Assembly: GCA_015680685.1 (NCBI GenBank)
Contig: MNCI01000811.1
Coordinates: forward strand, 174,381-238,380
Origin: Gnetum montanum
Lineage: Eukaryota > Plantae > Gnetophyta
Length of the DNA stretch: 64,000 nt
Reading direction: 5' to 3'
Shown piece after piece: positions 36,534 through 50,300 of this stretch (positions are counted from its first letter, which is position 1; the number at the start of each line of letters is the position of its first letter). A program made the position numbers and the translations under genes. The notes beneath the pieces are model-generated. The model was not told the DNA's origin, did no database searches, and saw only the letters and a program-made list of their open reading frames with translations.

Positions 36534-38663
36534 ATGGTGCCCAAACAGAGAGGAAAAAGAAAAAATCCCATAATTCAGAGGATGGATGAGCATTTAAAGG
36601 AGTTATCAGAGGTTCCTAAGCCTATCTCGATCCAAGCTCCATCTTTCATTGCTCCATGGTAGGCAATTCTATCTATTTTTATCTTTTCTTTCATTAGCTT
36701 TTTGCTAGTTTTTTTGCCTTCCAAGTGTTAGGGCCAATTTTTTAAATCTACTTCGATGGGAAAATTAAGTTATAATTCTAACAAAATCCCACCTCCTATT
36801 ATGGCTGCTTCCATGTAGATCTATGGTTGTTTTATTGCTTTAACTGTTGTAGATTTGATTTTGAAAATAGGCCTTGATGTTTTGTGCTTTTCTCTCAAAA
36901 TCTTGGGTTATCATTGTTCTTTTAGATCTAGGCCTTAGGATTTGTTAAAATTAAATTTTAACCAACTCCTACCCCATTACTTTGATGTGAATTTAAATGG
37001 TTTGTAAGGGTTTTAGCTATTGGAACCATTTTAATGGCTATATGAAGTTTAGGTTGTGGGGATTTTGAAGTTTTGTTACAAAAAATCAAGCCACATTGTG
37101 TATTTTTTTCTTAGTAAAATGACTACATATTTGTGAAATCAAAGGTTATGTGTTTGTAGCCCTTTGTTTAAACTTCCTAATGGTTGTTATCTTGTTTAAT
37201 TTGGCTTTGAAATGAGGGAGTTATGGCTATTTTCCTAATGTTGCATAGTTAGGTTGTTTGCACCACTTTTGTAATTTCATGTAGATTTGTAAACATTTCA
37301 TAAGAAAATAGCCAAGGAATTTCCTTCAGCTTTAAAATGGAGGTGAAATAACTTTGATTGGATTTAAAATTATTTTTTTATGAATTTTTTGCTAAGGTTG
37401 TGTAGATCATGGTAAAACTCACGAAAATAGAAGTGGCTTATCTTTTTCTTTTTCTAGGAGAGTAAAAGCTTTTTCTATTAAATAAGTTTTTTTTATGGTT
37501 TCATGGCTTTTTCTAAGCTTATCATGCTTTTTTCTAAATTTGTGCATAGTTTAGATGCTTTTTCCAAATTTATACATGCTTTGCATAAGTTTAGATGCTT
37601 TTTCTAAACTTATGCTTGTTTTTTTTTCAAATTTATGCATAATTTAGATTCTTTTTCCTAAATATATGCATAATTTAGACTAAGATATAGTTTTGTTTAT
37701 AATTTTTTTAGTTATAAAGGCTATAAAATATGGTACCAATGTTTTTATTGAACTTCTCAAGCTAATTTATATAAATACCTAAGAGCTTTTTACAGAAGCT
37801 AATTTAACTTCTAACTTAGGGAGTTTTCTATAAATTTTTAAGGAAATTCCAATTGGTCATAATGAAAGATTATGTAAAGTTGTGATGAAATTACTTAGGC
37901 TAATTTAGAAAAACACCTTAGAGCTTTTTATAGAGGCTAGTTTCACCTTTGACTAGATGTTTTGTCTAAATTTTCTAAGTAACTCTAATAGGCCAAAATT
38001 ATTTTGCTTTGAAAGGTTGTGATAATGCATTTTTATGGAATTTCTTAAGCTTATTAGATAAACATATTAGAACTTTCTACAAAGGCTAATTGTACCCTCT
38101 GACTAGATGTTTTGTCTAAATTTGTAAAGAAATTCTAACTAGTCACAATGTTCTTGCCTTATTTTATGTAGGGTCTTCTTGAGGCCTATTCTCATTATAG
38201 TGGAGTTGGTAGGAATTTTGTGCTACATTGTTCATCCCAAGACCAATACTCCACCACATGACATGCCTCTTTGGAAGCTCTTGTTGTGGTTCTAGCCTAG
38301 GGTAAGGGACTTCCTTACCTACCTCCTTAGGAACTTCAGTGTGATGTTGTGGTCACACTTGTCCATGAATGTAGCTAGGCTTATTGTGGAGAATGGCCTT
38401 CCACATCTACCCTTGAAAGTCATGGAGCCAGAATCTCCCCAAGTTTGATATACTTTATGTTTTAGGTTTTTAAAGTTATGATTTTGGCTATTGGTTACTA
38501 ACTGGCTATATGTTGTTGTATTTTAGATCTTAGGAGACATTGGCTATCCTAATAGTGAGGGTGGGAATGATCCACCACCTCTTCCCCAATGGCTACTCAG
38601 TAGCCTCCTTCAATTTAGCTTGTTGGCTATTTGTTTTCATTTTTATGCTGATGGTTATGGTTA
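36534..38663 (+). pseudogene. Three-exon mini version of the antisense gene in D
   Basis: Exon 1 36534-36658 (MVPKQRGKRK..., phase 2). Exon 2 38172-38442 (RPILIIVELVGIL...WF*PRVRDFLTYLLRNFSVMLWSH). Last exon about 38527-38663 (GDIGYPNSEGGNDPP). Confidence 0.72.
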
Positions 38664-38959
38664 GCCAAGACTATGTTATGGAAGGTTATTCTTTGGCATC
38701 ATTACTACACATTATGGTTATGGTTATATGTTATGGATATTTTAATTTTAAATTCGAATATTTGGTTTTATTTTTTCACTACATGCATCTATAGTAGTAA
38801 ATGTTATAAGTGTTGAAAATGGCTATGTTAACATTTTTTGTTGTAACATTAAATCAATGCAATAATAGGTTAAACAAAAAGAGATATCATAATGAAAGAA
38901 ATACTTGCTAGTTTTACGGCATCATGAACATGAGTTATATTGTGTGATTATGGCTACTT

Positions 38960-39500
38960 TTCCAGTTTAATGTCTTAGGGGATGAAAATGCTAGTTTAAG
39001 GTCATAGCAAATGATAGTGCCAGTTTTAGATCATAGCATACCATAGTGCCATTTTTAGGCCTTAGTGGGCCTCAGTGCCAATTTTAGGCCTTAGCGAGCC
39101 TTGGTGCTAGTTTTATGTCTTAGCGAATAGTAGTGTCAGTTTTAGGCCTTAGTCGGCCTTGGTGCTAGTTTTATGTCTTAGCAAATAGTAGTGCCAGTTT
39201 TAGGCCTTATTGGGCCATGGTGCCAGTTTTATGTCTTAGTGGACAGTAGTGTCATTTTTATGTCTTAGCGAATAGTCATGCCAATTTTATGTCTTAGTAG
39301 ACAAGAATGCTAATTAAGGTCATAGAGGACTATGTTGCTAGTTTTAGACCTTAGCGCCATGGTGCCAGTTTTATGTCTTAGTGGACAATAGTGTCAATTT
39401 TATGTCTTAGCAGATAATGGTGTCAATTTTATGTCTTAGTAGACAGGAATGCTAATTAATGTCATAGAGGACTATGGTGCTAGTTTTATGTCTTAGTAGA
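38960..39500 (-). repeat. Post-PR array of about 30-bp hairpin-TAAAACT units of D (continues at 60295-60420)
   Basis: About 17 units of gtgccagttttatgtcttagtggac or gtgccagttttaggccttagtgggcc type. Confidence 0.88.
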
Positions 39501-41685
39501 TGTACTGTCCGAAATCATCTGTGCGAGGCTGGTATGAAATGGACACCAAGAGATCTATGGAAGATACAGTAAGACCCCACCTTTGCGTGAGGGCAAGCAT
39601 AAAATAAATGAAGGCAAAGTGCCTTGAATGGTCTACGCAGAGATCGAACAAGGACTTCCCCTAGCATACGCTATTGCGATGTGCTAGGTTATACGTAAAC
39701 GGATGCAAACTAAAATGTAAACAAACGTATGAAAGGTAAGATGAAAATAAAACATAAACAAATGTAACGAAATTCGTAACAAATGTGAATGGCGTAAACA
39801 GAGAACAATGGATGGAAAAATTGTAACTATATGTATTGATTGACGATTACAAAAAAAGAGGTGCACTGGTCAGAACGTAGTTGAGGATTAATCGCAAGAC
39901 GAACATTTAGCCTCGATGTGAAGGGTTTACAAGCATTGGGAGGTTGCAGATTTCTGATTGTAGGTGTGTAGCGTGACCAAAACTGCCCCAAGTACTCAGC
40001 GTGACCAAGTCTGAGTAATGCCCAATCGTATGAGATAATGATGATGAGATTCACCAACTCTCTAAATCCTGATGCCCCAAAATTTCCAACCTTGATTAAA
40101 TGGGGTATTTATAGGATTTTTGGGCGTGCAACCTGGATTTGGAGGAAGATCTATGGCTATGGGATGAGAGAAATGTAGATTGGATGACAAGTGTGAATCT
40201 TTTGACCGGATGCACAAAATTTTACAATGTACAGGGTGTAGCGTGACCAAGATCTCTTACGCTAGTGTGTGTGATCTACAGCGTAAGAGCTCAATACGTT
40301 AAAAAGTGAAAAATGTACAAAGAATGTTAAAGCACAAGAGTGGATTTGGATGTCTGGCCTCCGAATCTGCAGATCTATGCTATTTTTGCTTTGCCAAGGT
40401 CTCCAGTGTGCATGGATCTGGCTCTAGCATGTCTACAGTGTGTCCTAGAGTCATCGTTTGGTGTCCAACATCCAGCATCCCAGTTTTTATGCTGTGTATA
40501 TGCTGGCATTAGCGTGCCAACATGATCATCAACATGTCCAATGTTTATGATGCATTTTAAACCCATTTTTGACCTTTGAGATCTGTTTTCGAAGTGGATC
40601 TACATGCCTGAGGTCGAGAGGGTTCTGCACGTCTATTTTGAGCTAATTTGGAGTGGCATACTTCTGGTTGGTCACATTGTGGTCACACTGCCCAACGTGA
40701 CCTCAATGTAACCTCAGCATGACTAGGTGTTTATGCCCTATTTTGAGCTAAGTTTTGGATGCTGATGTCTGTTTGTTGATGCTCAACTACTACCTGCTCT
40801 CCAGGGTGGCCTGGATGCTGAATTTGACTTCATTTTTCTGTTGTTTTGGTCATCTTCTATTTGGTCACACTGTGCAACATGACCTCAGCGTGACCAAGTT
40901 AAAATGACACATTTGAAGCCCAAACCTAGATTTTCTAAAGCTTGAGAGTCAATACAGTTGTTTCCTGTCCCCTGGGGATTGAGTTCATGTCGAAACTGGA
41001 CCTAGAACTGCTTGATGTGCCCTGTTTTTATTTGGTCACACTGTGGTCACGTTGTGCAGCGTGACCTCAGCATGACTAACTAAAAATTCCATGTTTGAGG
41101 TCCAAATTTTGATTTTCTTGAGCCTGTGAACATGTACAATTGCTGCCTAGCTCTCAGGAGTTAAATTCATCTCCAAATTCTGCTTGGAGGTGCCCGAATT
41201 AAGCTGTTCCTGTTTGGTCACACTGTGCAATGTGACCTTAGCTTGACTAACTAGAAGTGGCTCAAAACATGTAATTTTGAGCTCAAATTTTGAGGTTTCA
41301 AAGGCTGGGAGCTGCAGAGGCATCGGTGAAGCTCATGGAGGGTCTGCGTGCTCAAATCTAGGCTATTTGGATTTGATTTTGGGGCTCCAAAAGTTGGTCA
41401 TGCTGTACACACACTGGTCTTACACTGGGTAGCATGACCATAGTATGACCAAAGTGTATACAGCCAAAACCATGCATTTTGAGCCTGAAACCCTATATTC
41501 TGAATGCCTGGAGTTAGAGAAATTGCATGTGGGCCTCGGGGGGACTTTGCCTATTCAATTGTGTGTTGTTTCATGCTATTTTGGAGGCTCTCAAGTTTGG
41601 TCACATTGTACTCATGTTGGGCAGTGGCATGACTTAGCTTGAGTCCTGTCTAAAAGTGCTAGGCCAAAATTTTGTGGTGTTTTCA
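39501..41685 (-). repeat. 3' LTR of B
   Basis: Direct repeat of 58115-60294. PPT and stem-loop at about 41686-41742. Confidence 0.95.
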
Positions 41686-42829
41686 TTGGCTCCTCTTTTT
41701 TGATGCCTAAAGGAATCCACCCGAGAGGCATCGACAAAGAAGTACAAAACACCACGAGTAACTTGGCATTAAGCATTGTCTGTTGGGCACTTGGTCGGAT
41801 GTTATTGCACCATGTTTAGAAGTACATTGGATTGAGAACTAAAGTTTTGAGATGCACAGGAAGTAGGTTGTAACTGTGAGGTCAAGGATTGATCAAGGGA
41901 TTATTTTGTTTAACTATGGGAGAGGAATGTTTTTGTGAACAAGTCATGTTGGTCCTTGTCGACAGCTAGTATCTAGTAGACTTGGGACCAAGGCATGGAA
42001 GGTGTGTCCTTTGGAGGAATGAGACTCTTATGTCATATTTAAGAAAACCCATTGTCAACAGCCAAAGCCATGTGATGAGGTTATGCGACATGATTTTTTG
42101 AGACACGACTGTTTTCTTTCATGAAAACTACCTTCTCGCCTGGGGCTTGTATGGGAAGAGCCAATGGCCTTATGATGTATTTTCCTCTTTGATTTTTTTT
42201 TGATCTTTTCCTTTCTTTTTCTCTTTTTTTTTTTGGAAAGAGCATTGTTTTAGTGTTCTACTCATGCTCGTGTGCTTGTAGTTGTATCATGTGCTATGTT
42301 GTGCTTGTAGTTGTATCATGTGCTATGTTGTGCTTATAGTTGTATCATGTGCTGTGTTGTGTTTCGGGTTACAACTGCTTGGAGAGTCATAGTATGCAAC
42401 AGTGTGGTTCAAGTTTTGGGGTGAATGGGATGTATCCAAGAGGTGTAACTGAGTAGGATAGGGAGAACATGTTGGAGAATAAGGAATGCATCGAGAACTG
42501 GGAATGTACTCATGAGTGGATTGATTAACCTGGTTGTGTGCGTCAAAAACAATGTGGTAGCTTGTCACTGTGATGAAGTGCATCTCTACATGACCACCGT
42601 AGAGTGTCATCCTACAAACACAATTCCAAGAGGACAAGAAAACCACAAGTGAGTTATTCTGAAACACTTTAAATATGAATACAGCCGATGGGATGGAGGC
42701 ACTGTGTTAAACTTTAGGCAAATAAAACTAGCAGCATTGGTGTCATCAGAGTCCACATGGTGAATCATGTAGCAGGTTTTAGGTGAAGCCAAGTCGTCGA
42801 TTGTAGCAATAGATCAATGGGCCAATGAT

Positions 42830-43140
42830 GATGTTGCCAGTTTATAGTCTTAGCGAACTATCATAGATTAGTTTCACATCATAAACCTTTGGATGTTGCC
42901 AGTTTAGCGTCATAGCAAACGGTGTAGTGCTAGTTTATAGTCGTGGCGGATTGTGAAGAGGCAAGCTAGTTTATAGTCTTAGCAGACTTCAACAGATAAA
43001 AATGCAGTAGTTTAATGTCATACCAGACAATGAATCTATGGTATCAATTTACCATCATGATGCCAAGATGCTCTATGGTGCTAGTTTTAAGTCATAGCTC
43101 CAGGATTGTTCTATGGTATTAGTTTTAGGTTGTGATGCTA
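42830..43140 (-). repeat. Post-pol hairpin-TAAACT array (B)
   Basis: Units such as ccagtttatagtcttagcgaac on the plus strand. Confidence 0.75.
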
Positions 43141-43161
43141 CGACTAGGACGTACCTTAAGT

Positions 43162-46100
43162 TCATAAGACGTAGAATGGTTTTAGGTACATGTGATTTGG
43201 AGGGTTGGAAAACTTGTTTCCATCCATGTCGGTGAGTTTGAATGCCCCATTGTCATATGCCTTAGTGGCCAAGTAAGGCCCTTCCCAGTTGGCTGAGAAT
43301 TTATCCGAGTGTTCATGGACCGTCTTGAGGACAAGGTCACCTTCTTTGATTGGATGCTTGTGTATGTTGTGTTTATGTCTTCATCGTTGTTGCTTTTGGT
43401 ACCACTCGATTTGATCCAGCGTGCGTGTATGTTCCTCCTCCATCGAGTCAAGGTCAACAATGCGTGATTCATCGTTTTGACCTTTATCAAGGAGTTCAGA
43501 GAGAGTGATCCACAATGAGGGTACCTACAATTCCAAAGGTAAAACAACTTCTGATCCATAAACAAGACTATAGGGTGTCTTACCTGTGGACATTCGATGC
43601 ATCGTTCGATATGCCCATAGCACATAAACTAGTCGTTTATGCCATCTTCTTTTGCTCTGATGAAATATTTTATTGAGAACCATTATGACAGTTTTATTCA
43701 TGGACTCTGCTTGACCATTGCTTTGTGGGTAATATTGTGATAAGAAAAAGTGTTTAATTCCCAGGCTTTTACAGAAGTTTTCAGTTTCGGCACTACTGAA
43801 CTGTGGTCCATTATCAGTGATTATGGTCATTGGGACACCAAAGAGAGTTACAATGTTTTCGAGTATGAAATTGCACACTTGTTTGGATGTGGTCTTCCTA
43901 AGAGGGATAGCTTCTACCCATTTTGTGAAGTATTCAGTTGCGGTGATGATGAAGTTATGTCCTGCTGAAGATGGGAGAGTTATCGATCCAATGATGTCTA
44001 ACCCCCATTTCTGGAAAGGCCATGTGATTTGTGCTATATGCAACTCATTAGCTGGCACATGTATTAAATTACCATGCTTTTGACAAATTTTGCACGTTTT
44101 GACCTTGGAGAAACAATCGTAATCCATGTGTGGCCAATAATAACCTAAACGTCCAATTTTCATTGCCATTTCCTTGGGCATTATATGTCCTCAGCAATGT
44201 CCTTCATGAACTTGCTCCACGATCATGTGACCATTGATGCTACTAACACACACTAACAAAATGCCTTCATAGTATCTATGACATAACGTGTCTCCTATTA
44301 ACGCATATTATCAAGAACTTTTTCGCACTGCATCCTTTTGAGCATTTGCTGGATGTTGTGATGATTCACCACGTAGAAGGTACTCTTTTATGTCATCATA
44401 CCATTCCACTACATGTGTGGTACTAACAGATGCTATAGGTATGTCATCGGGAGTGTCGATTACGGGTTTGGTGCAATTCGTTATGGAACTAGGGAACGCA
44501 TGAAATATGTCTGGTGTCATATTTAAGGCTAGTGTTGCAAGTGCATCAAAGATGGTATTTTCATTTCTAGGAACATGTTGCACATCTATTTTTGTTAACT
44601 GTTTCAGCAAGTGTTTAGTTAAGTCACATTACGATTGTAAATGTAAAGCTTTTCATGTGAATACATCCGTGACCTGATTGATTATCAGTTGTGAGTCACC
44701 TTGAACTACGAGCTGTGTGATTCCTGAAGCTAGTGCTACCATAAGACCTCTAAGAAGATCTTCGTACTCTACTGCGTTGTTGGTACAAGGGAAGTTTAAT
44801 CGATAGGTAGAGCATCGAATTTCTCCCGAGGAATACATTATGATGGCTATAGCAGTTCCTCCTCACGAGGTTGATGCTCTGTCGAAGTATAAGATTGCAT
44901 CGTAATTGTCGAGCACAGTTTGTATTGTGTTCATGTTCTCATTAGGGAACTTAGGGTTGATTATTTCTTGGTCTTGCATCGGTGAGGTGGTCATTTGATT
45001 GACTATTACTTGACCCTTTGTGGAAGATTGAGCTATGTAGTGTAGGTTGAACTTGGCAATCATCGCCTTCCATCTAGCTATCTTGCCTGATTCATAAATG
45101 TTATTGGTAATAGCTTTGAGCACATTGTCTTTACAAATAATGTTAACTTGGTTATGGAAGAGATAATGTTGCCACTTCTTTAAATAAAAGATAAGGGCTA
45201 GACATGACCTCTCCACATCGTTGTATCTCTGTTCGTGGGCCGCTAAGGCATGGCTTAGGTAGCAGACAAGGATTTCAGTTCCATCTTCTCGTTTCTAACA
45301 AAGCATAGATGCAATAGATGAATCTGATGTCGCAAGGTAAATGTAGAAGGGCTTGTTGTTCTGTGGGGGATAAACTATTGGTAGTTGAGCTAATGTCATT
45401 TTGATGTTCTCAAAGGCTTCTTGGCACTATTAAGTCCATTGAAAATGGACATTTTTGAATAATAAATGTTGCATGGGCTTCAACTTGTCCGTCAGTTTTT
45501 GAATGAAGTGCCTAATAAATTGTAATCTACCTTGTAGACCGCATAGTTTGGTAAGGTTGCTAGGTGGCTTCAAATTTGTTATTGCCTAAACCTTATTGGG
45601 ATCTACCTGTATTCCTGTTTCAGATATTATGAATCCAAGCATTTTGCCTATTTTGACCCCAAAAACACACTTCTTTAGGTTAAGTCTAAGCTCATACTTG
45701 AGACAACGTTTAAGTACCAAGTCTAAATCATTGACATGTTTCTCAGTTATTTTTGACTTGACTACGATGTCGTCTACATAATCATTGAGCAAATTAAGCA
45801 TATAATCACTAAAGATGTAAGTCATTGCTCCTTGATATGTAGCACCAACATTTTTTAGACCAAATGGCATCATTGTATAACAGAATGTGCCCCATGGTGT
45901 CATGAAAGTTGCCCTAAGTTGATGTTCTAGGTTGATCCTAATCTAGTTGTATTCTGAGAATCCATCCATAAAGGACAACAATGCATGCCCAGCAATTGAA
46001 TCAACAAGTTGATCGATACCGGGTAGGGGAAAGTCATCTTTCATGGTTGCTATGTTGAGATCACGGAAGTCAATGCATAGGTGAATGCTCCCATTCTTCT

Positions 46101-46650
46101 TTGGGACTACAACCATGTTGGACACCCAATCGGTGTAGTCAACATCTCGGATGAAACTGGCCTGGTAAAGTTTCTTGATTTCATTACGAACTACCAATGC
46201 TAGCTCATGTCTATCCTTTCATGCTTTTTGTTTCACTGGTCTGAGTTTTGGATCAAGGATAATGTAATGCTAGACTATTCGAGGGTCTAGTCCTGGCATA
46301 TTAGTATAGGACCAAGCGAATGCTTTCATGTTGTCTTTCAGCACTTGAGCTATGTTACTAGTTAGTTGTGGATTTAATAGAGTACTCAGTTTTAATATTT
46401 TAACTTCACCATCAGACATAGTGATGGGGACTTCGACGAGGGGGTCTTCGGTGATGTTGTCAGCCTCTAAGTCTAAATTTTTTGTCATTCCCTTAAAACA
46501 ATCAAGTATCTCTTGTGTTGATGCCATGAAATTTTCATAAGTTGATGATGAGTCTAGATCAATGGATTCTATATTGATTTCTCATTGAATGGCCCTATGT
46601 GGTCCGTTGATAAACAATAGTGAGAAGAGGAGCTTACTATCCATGTGTTT
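43162..46650 (-). pseudogene. pol: Pol of B (RT-RH-aRH-INT)
   Basis: YVDD, GDSQLIINQV, WGLDIIG, TDNGPQF, SNGQAE and YLKPFYVL*. Stops present. Start approximate. Confidence 0.94.
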
Positions 46651-47399
46651 GCTCCTACCAATTAAACAGGGAGCCATGTGAGCAAGGGTGAGTTGCTATT
46701 TCTTGTAAAGTTAATTTCTACATCTTAATGTAACCAAGGCATGCGATGAATAGTTTAACATCATACACGGACACTCGGTAGTTTTAGGCCTTACTTGGGC
46801 CAAGTGTGGCAGTTTAAGGCCATACCGGGCCATTTGTCAGTCATGTTCCAAGTATATACAAGGATTATGATTTTTTGTGATTTTTGGATTCTTTTTATTT
46901 TTTGATTTTTTGTGGAATTTTTTTTTTAAAATTTTTTGTTGTTTATTTTTTTTCTATTTTTTTTTAAATTTTTCACTTTTTAAGTCTAGGTGTTGCACAA
47001 AAGAGCTTCAGCGTAAAAAGAATAAATGAAAAAAAAATGCACCATGTAAAAATAAATGAAGTAAGAAAAGAAAATAAAATAAACAAAATAAAAAAAAAGA
47101 AAGGGGGGTTTAAAAGGGGTCAAACAGGGTTAAGGTGGAAGTCATTTTGAAAATGTTCAACATTTGGTAGGTAGTGAACAATGTGAGCATGGAGCAGTGG
47201 ACAGCGTGACCACCAAGGTGCAGCATCAGCGTGACTATCAACAGAGTTCAGGGTAGCATGACTACTATGTAGGGTAGCGTGACCACTAGCAAGGTGCAAG
47301 GTAGTGCCTACCACAGCATCTACGTCAGGGCAACGGCATCCTAATTGGCTTTGTAAGAGACAACAGCATGCCAAACTGCAGAGGAATGTCCAAGGCAGG

Positions 47400-50300
47400 A
47401 TGAAGGGCAAAGGCAGGCAGGAGAAAGGCAAAGGAAAGAAGGAGGTGACACTATCATTCATGGAGGAGAGTAAGGAGATGCTCCAACTCCTCCCTCAACC
47501 TAAGATTTCGTCATGGTCAGGGACTCTATGCAAGTATGTTTTTCTTTCGTTCCTATTCCATGGCATTGTACTATGGTGTAAACACAGCGTGAGCGATTAG
47601 GGCTACCACTTTTGCTATGTTTCATAGTGGAGATTTTTGCTAGATTCTAGGATTTATTTTGTGGTTTTCTTGTGTACGTATCGGGCATTAGGGACGTTGC
47701 TGAGGTTTTGAGTTTTCACCATTTTTGTGGTTGCTGTGTGATATGTGTATGAGTAGCGTAACGATTGGTTAGTAGTGTAGGGATCAAACTCAGGGCATGC
47801 CTAGCATGAGTGACGAGGGTGTGGGTTGTATTGCAAGGCATGCATGGGGGTTTTATGGGATCTAGATAGCATGGTTGAGGGTTTTGTGTGACGTTACCGG
47901 GCACATGTAGAGTGGTAAGTTTAGCATTAATGCTAATGTGATGCTGGGCATGGCGTGAATTGAGTTGCAGGACGCGTGTGTGTGCCCTAGCGTGAGTTGC
48001 AAGGGTGCATGTTAATCCTCGGCATGAATTATGACCAAGACTGGTAAACAGTCTTTGTTGAAATCAAACATCTAACTGCAATTTTCCCTTCTCTGTTGTA
48101 TACGCTTTAGTTTTTTTGAGTAAATCTGCGTCAGAATATGGGATGGCCCTAAGGCTAGCAAGCAGCTCACTTTGCGTCTAAAGGAAAATCATCTTTAGAT
48201 GCAACTCTTGAGACTCTAAAATAAATTTTTAGTTTGTGTCGAGAGTTATGAATTTTCTTTTAGGTGCATTCTTTTCATTAGGGACATTCCTAGCATGAGT
48301 TAGATACAAGGTCATCATCCCAGGGTGAGGGGTCCCAGAGTGCAGGACAAAGGCATGAGCTGGGTGCCGAGGGCCTGAACATGGACGCCCAAAGAAAAGT
48401 GATCTTTGTGCCTAGGCATGAGTGCCCAGGGAAAATGCAATTTTTGAAAATTTTTGCCTGGGCGTGAGCACCCAAGGAAACTACGATTTTTGTGGTATGG
48501 GTAGCATGAGCTACCCTCCAGCATGAGTTGTGTTGTAAGTAGCAACGTAAGTCGTGTTCATGGGTTGCAGCGTGAGCTGCATTGCAAATGTTCTTTGGCT
48601 ATGTTTTACTGCATTATGCATGGTAGCGTGAGTTACTAGAACTGGCATGTGAGTGACTAAGAAGGGAGCAAATTATTCATCTGGTGCTGCTAGTTATTTG
48701 TATCTTTTGTTTTCTTGGGCTAAATAGTGAAGATACATGTTTTGTATTTGCAAATGAATTTTCTTTTTTTGAATGTCCTTGTCTCATGGGGTGATCTTGC
48801 ATGTGCGTTGAATGTTATTTACTCATTAGGTTTATTTACTTATTTGTTTTTTTAGTTTATATGTTTTACGTTTTAAGTTAATTACTTAAGGTTTTGGCTC
48901 TGTGCAGGGGACTTAAGCCCTTTCTTTTGGTGGTGGAACTCATGGGTGTGTTGTCATGGTTTGGCCCCTTGGAGCCCAATGCACCTCGTCATGACATGAA
49001 GATCGAATCACAAGGGTTATGGTTTTGTCTGGGCTCTAGTGAATTTCTATCGCTCATCCTGTAGGGTTTTAGCGTGGTCATCTGGTCTCATTTAAGTGAA
49101 TAGTTGGCTTGAAGTGTTGTTGAGACCGTACTGCCTGGCTCATCCCATGACATATTGGCCTTCATCGTTGATGTGGATGAGGGATTATTTAAAGTTGATG
49201 GTGGTCCTACCAAAGGTCCTCGATCTACTTGTCATCTGACTCATGTTTGGGACTTACCATCTTGTAACCACTACAACAGTAGTAACATCCTTTTCCTAGC
49301 TTTCCGTGTACATACATTATTCCAGAATCCACCTAGAATAGTGGATAGGGTAGAAAGGTAAGTGTTTTTTTTATTTATCTTTATTTTATTTGCTTCGGTG
49401 CTATACCATTATTTATGTTTGATTATCGTTTTCTTGGCAAGCCTGATTTTGATGACCACGAGATGCTCAAGAATGATGATGGACTTGGCTTAACGCGTAT
49501 AGCCTTGGAGGCTTTCATGGTGGATCCCACTCTTTGTGGTGCCGTGTTGGCTCAAACCAAGGGTTCTATTGTTCATTATCATAAGCAGTTTTCTAGGGCC
49601 TTTGAACGTTGTGAAGATCATGGGTGGCTACATGAAGATTGGTCTCGCAATGGACCACTTTCCCTCAAGCGGTTGATTTAGTGCCAAGTATGCCTAATCC
49701 ATTTGATAGTGGTAAGTGATTGCGTTCTAAGATTATTTTTTATCTTTGCTACCCCATTTTTTATCTTGATATTGATCCTTTGTTTAACATGTTTTTACAA
49801 GGGATATTACTCCTAGTGGGGTCACCATCATGTCTGGGCATACTAAGGGTACCCTTTTCATGAAGTATGGGGAGACGGAGGATTCGCAATGGTGGTTGCA
49901 TAGAAAGGCACCTCAACACATCATCACTTGCCTTACTAATGCTGGTCTGATGGATTTGTTTACTGCCTTGACTCCTATCATTCCCACAACTGAGATGGTT
50001 ACCATCATTGACTCTTTCAATGATGATGTTACTTATTTTAGCATGTGGGTGTGGGGGGTTAAGGTTGCATTCCATTTGATTGTTGAATTCTTTTCAGATC
50101 TCTTTGGGGTACCGGCAGATGGTGTCAAAGTGGTGGTGGATAAGGTGAATAGGGAAGGCCACATGATTAAGGACCTTGAGGAATGGCTGGGCATGCCACG
50201 GGGTTCCAAGGGCTTCCCTATGCAAGTGGACACTAAAGTGACAGAAGTGAATTTGTTGTACCCATTGTTTAGAGCACGTGCATTTCCCAAGTCTCTTTCT

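Noticed and set aside
38960-39500. CRISPR-like array (GTTTTA-containing repeats of about 30 bp; also 53040-53300)
   Set aside because: Units are contiguous with no unique spacers, there are no cas genes, and the context is a plant retrotransposon.
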